Assembly: GCF_009914755.1 (NCBI RefSeq) | Contig: NC_060945.1 | Reading direction: 5' to 3' (one strand) | DNA from: the human T2T-CHM13v2.0 reference genome, Homo sapiens | DNA: 64,000 nt | Shown here: piece after piece, positions 1 through 13,876 of the stretch | Layout of the letters: each line of letters opens with the position of its first letter | Numbering within the stretch: position 1 is the first letter of the stretch | Made by a program: the position numbers and the translations under genes | Notes under the pieces: generated by a model | The model's input: only the letters and a program-made list of their open reading frames with translations | Database searches by the model: none | What the model was told of the DNA's origin: nothing

Positions 1-271
1 ATAGCTATCCTTGTTCTATCATTTTTGCTTTGTATATTTTTAAGCTCTTTTATTACTGTAAATTTAAAACAAATATATCTAATATGTACTAAAACTTTTT
101 GAGTCTGTATTGGTCTTGATCTTGAGTTACAGGTTTTGTTTTGGTTTGCACTCATAATTGTTTTGCCTTAAACTTATTTTACTTTTGACCATCTTTAAGC
201 ATTAGAAAGTTTTTTTTTAAAATAGTGTACATTTGGATTTTTTTTATTTAGTCCGATAATTTTTTTAATTT

Positions 272-355
272 AGAGACAGGGTCTTGCTAGATTGTCCAGG
301 TTGGGCATAACCTTCTGGGCTCAGGCAATTCTCTTACCTTAGCCTGTCTCATAGT
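272..355 (-). mobile_element. Diverged Alu monomer fragment (FLAM/AluJ-like)
   Basis: GAGACAGGGTCTTGCT..TTGTCCAGG...CTGGGCTCAGGCAATTCTC..CCTTAGCC resembles an antisense Alu monomer. Confidence 0.6.
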
Positions 356-632
356 CTTCAGCTGTGAAACTGTCTTTAGACATGAAACTCAATTGGCAAT
401 GTTTTTTTCTTAGAGGGAATTTTTAAGGCATTTTTACCATTAATATTTTTAAAATAGTTAATATTTTCATCTATTTCTATAATTTTATGTTTTGCTTTAT
501 TTTACATCAATTTTCATATTGTTTATTTTTTAAATTTTGGCTTATTTTAGAGTGATAGTTATAGGTTGGTTTTTAATTTATTTGGCCCCAGCCCCAAATC
601 TGAGGATTGGCGTTTTTAAACAATTCTGAGAA

Positions 633-895
633 ACAATCATTCTGATGTGGGCTTCGACTTCATTTACATAGAGTGTACACCAAGTAACCAATGGGAAACC
701 ACTAGAGGGTTTCCTCAGAAAACTCTGTAATCGGGCTCTTGAGCACCTTTTCTCAGGCCAGCTCCTACCCTGTAGAGTGTACTTTCATTTTCAGTAAATC
801 TCTGCTTTTGTTGCTTCATTCTTTCCTTGCTTTGTGCATTTTGTCCAGTTCTTTGTTCAAAACGCCAAGGAGCCGGACACGCTCCACCGGTAACA
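633..895 (+). mobile_element. ERV1 LTR 3' half, MER51-like
   Basis: CTTCATTTACAT..CACCAAGT..CCAATGGGAAACC, GAGTGTACTTTCATTTTCA.TAAATC, TTCTTTGTTCAAAACGCCAAG and terminal CCGGTAACA match the recalled MER51 LTR. Confidence 0.75.
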
Positions 896-3800
896 ATTAG
901 ATTGTGTCTCTAGAAACTTAGTGGAGACTTTTAGCTTTTATTTTTGATTTCTACTCAATATTATTGTCAATATGGGCAAATACATTATCTTTCGTTTTTG
1001 TTAACAAGTGGGCATTTTTGTGCACTCAGGAGATCATTCCCTGTGGGGTCTCGTCTCTAAACAACTAACCTTTCACCCTTTGTAGGTTCCAGGTTTGGTA
1101 GTTTATCTCTCAATTTGTGCAAAAAAAAAAAAAAAAGAAAAGGAAAAAAATATATATATACCCACTAAGATTCAGTTCTAGGCCAAAAGTATTCAACAGA
1201 TGTTCTCAGTGTTAATACCAGTTACAGTACTATCTTACTTCTCTGCATTTGTGTTTTTTATTGTTATTATGATTTATGGCCTTTATTTTTATCTATTCAG
1301 GTAAGCGTTTTGGTTTTCTTAAGCCATCCTATGTCTCTGTTTAGACTTTAAATATGTCGTAACTTTTTGCATATAGAAATTCAAAAACATGACAAGTTCT
1401 TTTTTTGTAAGCTAGATATTTACCATGTCTTTTTATATGTTTGTTTTGAATTTTCATGTTATCCTTCTCCTATGTATGCAATGCCTATATACACAAACAT
1501 AGGAGGGCCAATATAATAATGCATTGTTAACATTTTACCAAACCTCCCCCTAGAAATTATTTTTCCCATAATACTTATTGAGGTGAAAGCATAAAAACTA
1601 GTTTAAGATTAAACAGTTATTAAGTGGCAGAAACTGCATGCTGAACTCTTTGTACCTAAACAAATAGTGGACTCATCCAACTACACCATAAAAAGACATG
1701 TCAAAATATTATAAAATTATAAAGAGCTATATATTGGGAAATACTCTAAAGAAGGAGGTAATAAAATGCGAACTGGGTGTATTCAGATCTCATTTATAAT
1801 TTTGAGAAAATGGCTTCATATTACAGTGAAAAAATTTTGTTAATTACCCAATATAAATGTTGTCAAATAAACTGGATATTTGCTTTAAAATGTATCAATT
1901 TAGTTATAATTTATAATTATAATTTATCAATTATTATTTTAATTTACAGTTTAGGAACTAATTGTACTAAAAATAAATTATAAATTGTTTCCAGAATTTC
2001 AGGATTCAAAATTATGTTTTTATATTACAACCATTATATTTGTTTTTGGAAGCCAGTAGTTTGATATACATTTTATATGTACTTCATTTATATCAAGAGG
2101 CAATCTTCTTGAAACATTCTATGGATATCAAGCTTTATATATCAAACTATTAATCTAAGCATATATTTGAAAAAAGGAGATAACAAATTTTCTCTTATAA
2201 AGTAAAATTATTTCATTTATGTATCAAAAATTTCTGTAAATAAAGTGAAATCACACATACTAAAAAAAAAGTCTCTTTAGTGTTGAATAAAATCTAAACA
2301 TTAGATGTTTGATATATAATTTTAAGGAGTTTTCTCTTCTTGTACATCATCCATCTTTATAAAGTTGAAATACTGTTTTGACTTGAAAGTTATGGTATTA
2401 TTTTGTGTTTTTTATATAATCTGATCTCAGATTCAATGTGATAGAGTAAATTTAATGAGAAAGTTATACCTTGTTTTCAGATTCTGCCACTTAATAGCTT
2501 GAAGGCACTGAAATTTAAAATTCACTATATGTTTTTATTAATGATAAAATAATGTCACATCTAATTTACATAATTGTATAAAGCTTTGGAATATTTAAAC
2601 TTATGCAATCACACATTATATGTGGTGGCACAAAGTATTAAATATTATTGCATGAATCATTTTAATTATATTTATTAAAACTTTTCATCTCCCAATAATT
2701 TTTTATTTTGACACTTCAGTAAAAATATTAAAATGATAAAAGTGACATTTTGATGTTATAATTCAAAATTTCCATTGTCTTGAATACATCAGATTGACTA
2801 AAAGGAATATTTAGCACATCTACTACAATATAGAATTTACTGATTTTTAAATATATCAAAAATACCTAACTATTTGTCATTCATCATGTTTTATTCCTGA
2901 TTTAAAACTGAAAACATAATGTATGAAAATATATATTTTTAATTTTTGGGTCATGTACTAATGAAAGACATACAATCATAAGAAATTTCTTTATCCAACC
3001 TGCCTGAAATAATATTCACATGGTCTTGAGTTTCTCAAGGGTTTATTCACTTTTACATAATCATAAGTTTAATTTTTAATAAGATACTAGCATGTAATTA
3101 AAATTTTTAAGTGCATTATCAATTCCAATTAATTTTCAGATCATTTTATACATGATTGTGTCATTTTAAAAGACATTGCTTCCAAATGTAAATAAAGTGA
3201 GCATTCCAGATATATTGTAAAGATTATATTCATGATTGGATTATCTATCTTCAAGGATAAGGAAAAAGTTTTAAACACAAACATTAAATATAAGGTGAGG
3301 GTGTAATATTGACTTATTTGTAATTAGAAAACTAGATCTAAACATTCTCTTAGCAAAAATAGGTGAACCATTCTGGAGCAAATTACTAATATAAATTATT
3401 TGGAGGTAAACGTCAGTTTTGCACCTAATGCACAGTTATTCATATTTCTTTATAATAAATGATTACTAGAAATTCATATACTATGCATAAGTAAGCATTT
3501 CCATAGGCTGTCAACCTAAAATAAGCATATGCAAAATATTAGGACTGTATACACGTATTGTTTTAAAATAAGAGTTGACTTCCATGAATTTTGAGATTTT
3601 ATTACAGAAGATAAAAATGCTTTATTGTTTCTGGTTTTATACAAATAACATTTATCAGTTCACACCATTTATAACTGATAATCTATCTGTACTTAAAATT
3701 TTCAAGCTTCCTTGTTAATTTAAATATTGTTATTCTTCCATGAAGAAAATTATCATTATCATTTTAGAGATAATCTTGATAAACTCTCAAAAAGTTTGTA

Positions 3801-4479
3801 CTACAGAAGAATTTTCTTTAGGTTTTCACATCATCCACTGTAATAGGTAATAACTGGTGCCTGAATTTTTTTCTCAAGCATTGGGAAATGAACATAGTTA
3901 TTGACTCACATAAAATATTTATCCTGTATCTCATATTTTAAGTTGACCGTGTTGAATATGACAATTAATGTCAATATTTGAGTCTAATGTATTTGCAGAA
4001 AATGTGTAAGCTATATAAACACAACACTAAAAGATGATGAAGGAAGTTTCCTGTTATGTCAAAATTGAAACCTAATTCACTTTCAAGTCCACAATTTTTT
4101 TGCACTATATTTATTACTTTTTTAAAAAAAACAAACTCTTTTATTTAAAGGTGAATATTTAACTTCATTAAGATGTGCAAATGTGATTATCTGAGATAAA
4201 AGTTAAACAATTCATTGTCTCAAATCTATTTTACTTTTTTTCCATGTGAGTATATATCTATTTTTTAGCCAGTGTTTCCTTAACCTTAAATACAGTGCAT
4301 GTCCTCAGAGTAAAACACTCATGCGCAGTATTTCTCCGTATTTATTAAAAAGAATCATCTAAACATAAAATTTTACTACTAAATTGGAAAATGCATTTAC
4401 TTAGGAAAATGTGCCTTACTCTTCCTGTGAAGCTTGACATAATTTTCTTCTTTACCTTACCCATTTCTCGTTTCAAAAG

Positions 4480-4715
4480 ATCTCGGAGAGGTCCTTCCGG
4501 ATAATGCCATCTAAAATATCCCTGTCCCAACTCTACTTCCCTATCCCTAACACACATTATCTTTTACTCTTAGAAATTTGTTGTATACTTATTTGTTTCT
4601 AGATAAGTTATTTTTGTGCTGATAAGAATGCCAGCTCTGTAAGGACTCTGTCATTTCTGCACCTTATATTCCTACTAAGATAATTGTCTGGCACACAAAA
4701 AATCAATTAGCATAT
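4480..4715 (+). mobile_element. L2 3' end fragment
   Basis: Degenerate L2 tail motifs (AGCTCTGTAAGGAC, TGTCTGGCACACA); boundaries approximate. Confidence 0.45.
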
Positions 4716-6850
4716 GTACAGTTGTAATACATGGAGAAACCACAAAAATACTTCCTCATAAAATTCTCCTAATCCAATATCAGTAGTTTTAACTTTTCTT
4801 AGCATTTTTATTACAACTTTCTTAGAAGAAATTTATGAACTGAATTTTGGGCGTGTTAAATATCAGCGTCCTGTACAACATCTGATTGTCAAGATCTATT
4901 ATTGTTTGGTTGTGTACGAATAAAAAGATGCCATCTGTGCTAGTAAGGAAGATTTAGGAGTTACTATTAATATAATAGTGGGGTCAATTAAATTAAAGTT
5001 GATACAATTGCCCAGTGAAGTATAAAATATAGAAGAAAAGAGAATATAGCCAAACACTGAAGAATACTATTATTTATGGTGCGGACAGAGGAAAGGAAAT
5101 GGAAGCAGCTGGTCCAGGCTGTCCAACAGATTTTGTGTAGGGTGGGAGCTCATTACACTTTTTTCTACCAGCAATCAAGAAACCAAACAATTCAGGTACT
5201 CTGCCTTTTTTTTTTTTTTGGTCTCATCTACTGTCAAATCCAGAGTCTCAACGGCTCCTTCTGCCAATGAAAAGTAATAACAAAGGAGAAAAACTAGTGG
5301 AGATCAGTATTATGGAAATCAAGAAGAGAGCAATTTTCAAGAAGAATAGGTTATCAAATATCGAAGAGAAATCAGAAAAGTCAGAAAACGATCTATTAAT
5401 TTGTTCAATACTAATTTTTTAAAATCTTAAGGCACGGATCAATTTTCATTTACTTCAATTTTCCCCGAGTTTTGCTCTACTGAAAAGATTTTATCTGCTG
5501 TGTACTTCTTTTTTGCCTATCTTCTCTGAAGGACTCTCCTAACAATGAGCTTCCCGATATGTGTCCTGCTGATCACAATAAGACATCATGACTCTCTTGT
5601 GCTCTAATTTTTATGATAATTTCAGTCACTAAGATTTGAGAGATTTAGATATCTTACCAAAATTTTGAGGGATGCCAAGAAGTGTTACATTAAGTACAGG
5701 CCAGAGTATCTCTATTTTTCTAAGGCAGTTTGACTAAAACTTTTAAATTCATTCCTTTTTATATTCTCAATGTAACAAAGCCTGCAAGCCTGCCATCATA
5801 AGACTTTCTCCTTTGTAGATACAAAGTTCAAATCTCCTTCTGCCCTGGGAGTATATTCTTTCTATGAAATTCCAACTGCTTCACTGTTGCATACACTGAA
5901 CAGATCAACCCCTTTCCCCCACGCCCCTTTAGTTGATCCTGTTGAATAAAGAGTGTATTTTCATTTGATATTATCTAATGCTTCTTTGAGAGTATAACTT
6001 TGTCGGATTCTTGAAGGACATGATGTGGATACAACAGAAATGACTGAGTCTATACCATATTATCTAGAATACAGTGGCATTTAATTAATGTTTGTTGAGT
6101 TCTTAAAAACATATTTTTCCATATTTTTCTCTTAACAGTACTGGCACAATTTCGGTATTTAAAAAGTATGTGTGTATTTTACAGCAGATTTGTCCTGTTC
6201 ATTCTCTAAATAAAATATATAGTGTCTGTCAACTTCAGCATTTCCATATCTCCTCTTTTTCTTTCCCCGAGCCACCAGAAATGACTCTAATAGTTTTATA
6301 CACTTGAGCTTAAATACATCTAGAGCAAGGAGGTCTTTCTAAAATGAGTAACATGAAAATACATTATGTGGCAGACTACTGTGTGATGATACAACTCATT
6401 AATATATGTAACAGTAACTTCTGCGACACAAGTGAAATCCACAGGAAAAAAAAGATAAATAATTTTTATTTGGGTATCAATTGTAGAGTATCGTTGAGAA
6501 GAACAGAGGATGTTAAATGCTACTTCAGATGTCAGGTAGAATAGAGAGCTACTAATCATTGCAGTAGTACAAAATGCAAATAGTTGGTGAAAAGAGTGTC
6601 CCAATTGTCAGTCCTCAGAACATGTTTAGTCTTCTACGAGGGCCCACCAAAACAAACAAACATACATGTGGGGAATGTTCTTTGGGTACTCTTAGTGTTA
6701 TCAGTGTGGAATTTATGGAAGGCTGAATTTTCATAGTAATAGACTGGAGTCTAATAAATACTTTTTTTGTAATTGTTTTTAGTTACCTATATTTACTCCA
6801 AGAATGGTGTAGCCTAAAAACAAACAAACAAACAAACAACAACATAAAAC

Positions 6851-7166
6851 GCTGGGTGCCATGGCTCATGCCTGTAATCCTAGCACTTTGGGAGGCCGAG
6901 GCAGGCGGATCACGAGGTCAGGAGATCGAGACCATCCTGGCTAACACGGTGAAATCCCGTCTCTACTAAAAATATAAAAAATTAGCCAGGTGTGGTGGCA
7001 TGTGCCTGTAGTTCCAGCTACTGGGGAGGCTGAGGCAGGAGAATTGCTTGAACCCGGGAGGTGGAGGTTCAGTGAGCCGACATCATGCCACAGCACTCCA
7101 GCCTGGGTGAAAAACAAAAAACAAAAAACAAAAAACAAAAAGAAGAAAAAAACAAACCAAAAAAAA
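6851..7166 (+). mobile_element. Alu (AluS/Y-type, Sc8-like)
   Basis: Full dimer with GGATCACGAGGTCAGGAGATCGAGACCATCCTGGCTAACACGG and an A/AAAC-rich tail. Confidence 0.95.
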
Positions 7167-7466
7167 CCTATTTTACGTTTATCTCAACTAATTGCTAGAT
7201 GAGTTGGGATTAGGACCAGTTTAATTCAAAGGTGAAAACAATCATTTACATGAGCTGCTTACATACACACACACAGAAATTATCCTCTTTTTAAAGTTTA
7301 CTGCTGTCACAATATTATGAGTCTTCTGCTTGCCTTGGGAAAAACACTGTAAGCTGTTTTTGTTTTATTTCTGTTGCCCAAGTTATCATAAAGTCTTGTG
7401 TAAATAAAATATTTAGAGGTAAGAAAGAAATACTGTCTACCTACTTAAGTGAATATAGATGGAAGA

Positions 7467-7640
7467 ATATAAATATATATACATATATACATAATATACA
7501 TAAATATTCATAAATATATATACACATAATATATAAATATATATATACATAAATATGTATATAAATATATAAAATATGTACACAAAATCTATACATAAAT
7601 ATAAATATATATACATAAATATAAATATATATACACACAT
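7467..7640. repeat. AT-rich degenerate simple repeat (ATATAAATATATATACATAA-like units)
   Basis: Repeated TA/TACA units seen directly. Confidence 0.85.
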
Positions 7641-8339
7641 AAATGAAAGGTATTACCCTGGGGCAAAGGGAAGTAAATTTTGTGAGGTTCCCTGAGAGCA
7701 TCTGGACATACTGCGTACCTGAAGATAAGTAAGGGGTATATTATTGCATAATTTCCAGTTCTTAAGCAAGCTACCATGTTCACAACACTTGCAAATGTTA
7801 AATCTGAATGCTGAGCCAAACTAAAATATATTCCATTTATAACTGTTGCAGTTATATGTGCTTATTATAGTTGGTATTTTGGCCAATAAAATATTTTCAT
7901 AGGAACATAAATATTAATTGTATGTTCTGCCAGATGCATGCTTAACTTTGGTCAAAATATTTAACATTAGAGATGTTAGAATATTTTCCTATATTATAAA
8001 AAGTGAAGAATTGAAAAGCTTGTTTATTTTTTCTGATATAGAAAGAGCTAAGAACTGTGTTTGGCACCGTGGAAATATGAAAAAATAGTATCTACGATTA
8101 AAAGTTTTCCAAAAATATTAATTATTTTATGTGTTTTATTCATTCATATTGAGTAATGACCGTATGCAATTTCTCCACTAAGAATAAGCAATAAATTGGT
8201 AAATAAAGCTTTTATAGTGCACTTCCAAAGATACATATGTAACAATACAGTTGCAGGCTGGGAATATATATGCAAAGGAAGAAGTGGGTATTGCTATTAC
8301 ACTGTATAGAAAGGGCACCTAACATGATTTTGGAGCCAA

Positions 8340-9590
8340 GGGATTTATTCTCAGTGTAATTAATATCTACTTTGAAATGTGTATCATAATTTGCCAGGTG
8401 ATGATTGGGTGAAGTTTTGCAGGAACCAACTGCATACAAAAAGAAAAAAAACTGGCAGCAAAAGAGCATAATTAGTGGCTAGTAGGTGACACCAAAAAAA
8501 AAAAAATTCTTAATTTGCTATGGTTTCACAATGGCAATGTGGTAATCATAAAAACAAATCCTTCTTCAGAGATGATAAGTGAGCTATTTACAGTATTGCA
8601 GCATTGCAGTGATTTATGATGTTCAAAGTAAACATAAAAAACTACAGAGTAAAATGAAACACTATTGGCAAAATGTTGAGAACACTGCAAGTAAGGCATA
8701 GGCACATGAGTCTTAGTAAACCTCTAACTTGGTGTGTATGAAATATCTCCACAATAAAAATTTGAAGGAAAAATTAGAAGTAAAAATTAGAAGAAAAAAT
8801 CCCACAGAGAATGAAAGAGAATTCATAATCTGGGAAAGTTATTTGAATTCTAAAAACAAAAAAAAAACGCAATAATATATAGATAAGTGTTAATTATTCC
8901 TAAGAAAACTATAGACAACTTCAAAATTATAGGCAACAGGTTTTCATAGGAAAGTAATTAGGAATGACTTATATAAATATAATTAGTAATCATGAAAATG
9001 TAAATTAGGACCAAAATGAGATGTTTCATATCAAATAGACAACAATTAAGAAGCTTACTAATAAATATCAAGCATTAGTAAGAATTTTCATCAATAGATA
9101 GTTTTATTGCTCTTACTAGGCTTTTAAATTGATACAAGTACATTAACAACGTGACAGCCATATAAAGTTAAATACCCATAAACTCCAAAAAGCAGTAATT
9201 TCACTGTTAGAGTCATATATCTTTGGGAACTCTTGTACATCACCACCAGTGTTTCCATAAGAATGGGATTGTAGTTAAGTGGGAGAGAAAAAAACGGTTC
9301 AGAAGACTGACTGGCTGTATACAATGTAGTGTATTTGCCAATGAAATACTATAGATCAGAGAAAATATGGTTATAGAACACATCTCAGAAATAAAATATA
9401 TGAATGAAAAAGAATGCTGTAAGACTCTTTATAGCATAATTTTATTGTCAGCAAAATTATTAAAAAAACATAAGCACCTAAATATGTACACAAATAAATG
9501 CAGATGAATATACCCATATGCATATATATTATGCATTTTAGGAACTTTACATTTGTGATTAAACATTTTTAAATCTAAAAAATTTCTGCA

Positions 9591-9647
<57 letters not shown>

Positions 9648-10520
9648 TCAGGTTATTGGTTAACCTGGTATGGAGGAAAACCTTAGGATACAGTAACAAG
9701 AAACAAAAATCCATATAGCAATACAATTGGCCTTCTGCTTGATGGGTTGAGTAGTTGATTCCTGAAACTAATTTTTTTTAAATTATTGTGCTTTAAGGTT
9801 CACATGTGTGTTGCATAGATTTTTTCATGTATACATATTATGTAATAAAAGTCAAAATGGATTAGTATGAGGGCATTCATATAGAGCAAAGGTTATTAAT
9901 TACTAAAGCAAGGATGTATTATGTAATTATAAACAGAATAATTCATCCTTAATTTATAACAATATAAACTTAACATACCAAAGGATATTGTATTGAATTA
10001 ACTGAATACTCATAAAATAAGAACTTTAAAAGCATAAATCATATTTAAAATATTTGATGTGTCTACTTTCATATGTGACCGTATAAACAATTTGACAAAG
10101 ACAAAATATGTCAATTAGCAATGATGTAATGGATTTGAATAAAGTTATCAAAAGGATTAAAACTATGTATATACACATAAACCTTTGTATACTGCAGATA
10201 AATTATATGTTTTTAATACAAATAAAGAGCATTTAATAAAAACAGTTGCAAGGCATACAATTGTAAAGAATAATAATCCAATAATAAAGTATTGTGAAGT
10301 AAAATGTAAGGTGACTATTATTTCTATATACACTTATAAAAATCATGAAATATTAAAAAAAGTAATCAGTATCAAAAAACCTAAAATTAAATTGATCTAG
10401 AAATGTATTAATTTAAAAAATAAAATAGCACAAGTAAACCAAAATCATAAATATACTAGAAAAAATAAAGTTATCATTTACAATACTAATGAAAGAAAAA
10501 TCTTTTTCACACAAAATAAT
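8340..10520 (+). mobile_element. Old L1M fragments
   Basis: A-rich sequence with degenerate L1 3' and ORF2 motifs (TAATCATGAAAATGTAAATTAGGACCAAAATGAGAT; CAATGAAATACTAT); boundaries approximate. Confidence 0.45.
9590..9646. repeat. (TA)n microsatellite
   Basis: Interrupted TA run. Confidence 0.95.
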
Positions 10521-10865
10521 GAATGCTCTTATGGTAAAGAAAATGAGGAAGAATTTTGCTGTTTATTTCGAATAGATTATTGCAAAATAAAGGCTTCATA
10601 GCCATAACCTGTATTTTTCATTCATTATCTAGGTATTATTCTAATACAGCAACATTTCCACAAATTATAAAATTTTAATACTATCCCATTTTCTCTAAAC
10701 ATTTTTTGATGAATAAGAGTTACATGAATATGTAATCTGAGGATGTTAATCTTATCATTGCATCTGATAATCTTTTCAATTTTGCTGTACTTTTTACTAC
10801 AGCTTAGTCTTTGTCAAACTTGTTAACTTCAGGAAAGCTGGATTTGGTACTTGTTGGTTGGCTTC

Positions 10866-11235
10866 TGATATGGTTTGGCTCTGCATCCCCACCCAAATCT
10901 CATGGTGAATTGTAATCCTCTCATGTTGAAGGAGGGGGCTGGTGGAAGGTGATTGAATCATGGGGGAGGACTTGCCCTTGCTGTTCTCATGATGGAATTC
11001 TCAAGAGATCTGCTTGTTTAAAAGTGGTAGCACTTCCCCCTTCACTCTCTCTCCTGCTATGCCATGGTAAGATGTGCTTGCTTCCCCTTTGCCTTCCTCC
11101 CTGATTGTAAGTTTTCTGAGGTTCCCCAGCCTTCCTGTACAGCCTGTAGAAGTGTGAGTCAATTAAACCTCTTTTCTTCATAAGTTACTCAGTCTCAGGT
11201 AGTTCCTTACAGCAGTGTGATAACAGACTAACATA
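10866..11235 (+). mobile_element. MaLR solo LTR, MSTA-like
   Basis: Starts TGATATGGTTTGG..CCCCACCCAAATCTCATG, ends CAGACTAACATA; flanks GCTTC/GATTC form a near 5-bp TSD. Confidence 0.9.
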
Positions 11236-11649
11236 GATTCCCTATGAGTGAGTGTTCCTAGAAAGTTAGAACATGGAAAGTGCCAGTGGAAGGCCAGATG
11301 CCTGATACTGGCAAATGTCATTTTCATTGTATTTCATTCAAAGCAATAAAGAACTTACCTATGTTTAAAAGCCCTAAAATGAGATACTTGTAAAAACAGG
11401 GTTAAACATTATTGACATTTTTTAAAAGAGGTGCATAGTTGCCAGGTTGATGAGGCCACTGGAACCCTATTATATACATACACGTACACACACAAGCACA
11501 CACATATAATAATACATAATACATACATAATACATATTATATAATACATATTATATGTAACTTTTATACATAAACCATTATATCTATACATTCTATACAT
11601 TACACGTATAAAAGTCATACCTCAGAAAACACTCATAATGATGAGAATT

Positions 11650-12385
11650 CAGTGCATGAAAGAAAACAGTAACATTTCTAGAAGAAAAAAGAAAAAGATC
11701 TACATTCAAAACTCCCATAAAATTCTCTACAGTAGCTGTAGAATACAGAAGAAAAATTTAACACAACTACATTATAAATTAGAGAAGGTTAAGAGATAAA
11801 GAGAAGTAAGATTTTGGTATTTCAATTGATCCAGTAAAATGAATAGCAGTAGATTGTAATAACCTACATAAATATGACTAAAAGGAAAACCTATAGAAAT
11901 AAATACATACTCTCATAAACACTACAAATAAATCAAAATTAAAATTTAACAAATGTTGAAATAACCCAGAACTAGATAGGTAAATGAAATCAGAAGAAAA
12001 CTATGAAACAAACAGCAACACAAACAAAAAGGCAAAAGTAAGCCCTAAAATATTAATAACTAAATGTAAATGTTCTAAATACACCAATTAAAAGTGATTA
12101 GCAAAGTCAATTTAAACACATATCCCAACTACATGCCCCTGAGAAAAGCACTTCAAATATAGGAAGGTTGAAAGTGAAATGATGAAACATATATCACGCA
12201 AATAATAAGTTTTTAAAACAGGAGTGGATACATTCATATCAGAAAAAGTAGTCTTCATAGCAAATAAAATTACCAGAGGTATTGAGGGATATTATATTAA
12301 TATAAATGGGACAGTCCTTCAAAAAACATAGCTATCCTAAATGTTTATGCACCAAGCAATAGAGCTGCAAAATATGAAACAACTT
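11650..12385 (+). mobile_element. L1M fragment spanning the start of ORF2 (endonuclease region), decayed
   Basis: AATAACTAAATGTAAATGTTCTAAATACACCAATTAAAAG and CCTAAATGTTTATGCACCAAGCAATAGAGC resemble L1 ORF2 5' sequence. Confidence 0.65.
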
Positions 12386-13349
12386 GAAAGAGGGAGAGGT
12401 GGGTGGAGGGATTGATAGAGAGGTAGTGTAAACTAGCTGCTGAATATAAATATGTATATGTACATATATGTTATGTATTTTACATATTACTGATTATATC
12501 ATAAATATTCAAGTACTGACAGTCTTTTTCTGGTGCCTTCGCTACAATAGTGTTTTTATTTTGTTCTGTATACTTAAATTTTATGGAAAATGAAGTGAAG
12601 CAATGTTTTTAAAGCTCTTTACTGTTAAGCTGTCACCTGATGTATAGTAGTTGCAAAATTCATGGACATTGAGAAAACCTTTTCATTAAAGGTACCAACT
12701 TCAAAAAATGATGTAAAAGAAGTGCTTTTGAGAGCTGAAAGCTGTGGCCACATGGAACAAAAGAATAAATGGTAAGAGTTCTGTGTCATGTTCATATTGA
12801 AGTTTCATGCTTTTATAGCTCAACAGATCAAATGTGATGAACCACTTGGTCCATAAAAGGTTATGGGGCTTTCACTTTCACAAAACTAAAGAATCAAATT
12901 GCTCTTCTTTTAGAAATACCCTGAGAGATTAGAGATTTGGATTTAAAAAAAAAACAACGTCCTACCTTCTGCTACCAATTGTGAGTTGTGGGCTATTAGT
13001 GTCATGGATAGAATATACTTCTTTTAAAAACACCTAAAAGTGCTATATTATGGTAACATCTTATTTTGTCATTAAAAGCTATGAGATGAAGTTCTCTTAC
13101 ATAAAATGTGAATGAGAATACCTGAATTTTTCCATTTTCTTTTGGTTCTGAATTTGTCAACTGAACAAGACACACTGCACCTTCCATTATTATTATTGTG
13201 AAATTAATTTTTCTTAATTGTAATAATGTATTTTAGATTTGAATTACAAAATCTAGAGACTATAGTCTCTACATGATTCTTTGTGAAACATATGACAAAC
13301 ATGATCAAATATGAAATATCTTTGTTAAATATCAATATTTTTCTCTTCT

Positions 13350-13820
13350 AATCTACTCCTCTGTTCCTCCCTCACTGCCTTATACCCTCCCGGGCCTTCT
13401 TACTGATCCTTGAACATGTCAAATTAGCTGTGTCATGGGGCTTTGCACAGGTTTTTTTCCTTTGCTTAAATGCCCCTTACCAAGAGAACCATGTGACCAA
13501 AATCTTCTTCAATCTCTTAATAAACTATCTTCTTATGGTTAAAATGTCACTCTACCTCCCAATCCTCTTTATAATTTTAACTTTCCTATTATTTCTAAAC
13601 TCACTTTCCTTGTTTCATTTCCCCCAAAATACTTAGCATCCTCAGCATAATATGTAATTTATTATATCTATTTGATTATCATTTGTTGCATATTTTCCAT
13701 TAGCAGGAGTTAAGTTTCATGACGACAGTGATTTTTTATGCTTTGTTCACAGATACCATCCAAATTCCTTCTATGGTTAAAGACATGTAATGGGTACTCA
13801 CAATATTTTTTGAATGAATG
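13350..13820 (+). mobile_element. L2 3' end
   Basis: GGGCTTTGCACAGG, TTTGTTCACAGAT..ATCC and terminal TACTCACAATATTTTTTGAATGAATG. Confidence 0.7.
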
Positions 13821-13876
13821 CTGCTGTAAAATGTAATACATTTATTTGTATGTATTATAGGAAAAGGTTTCATATA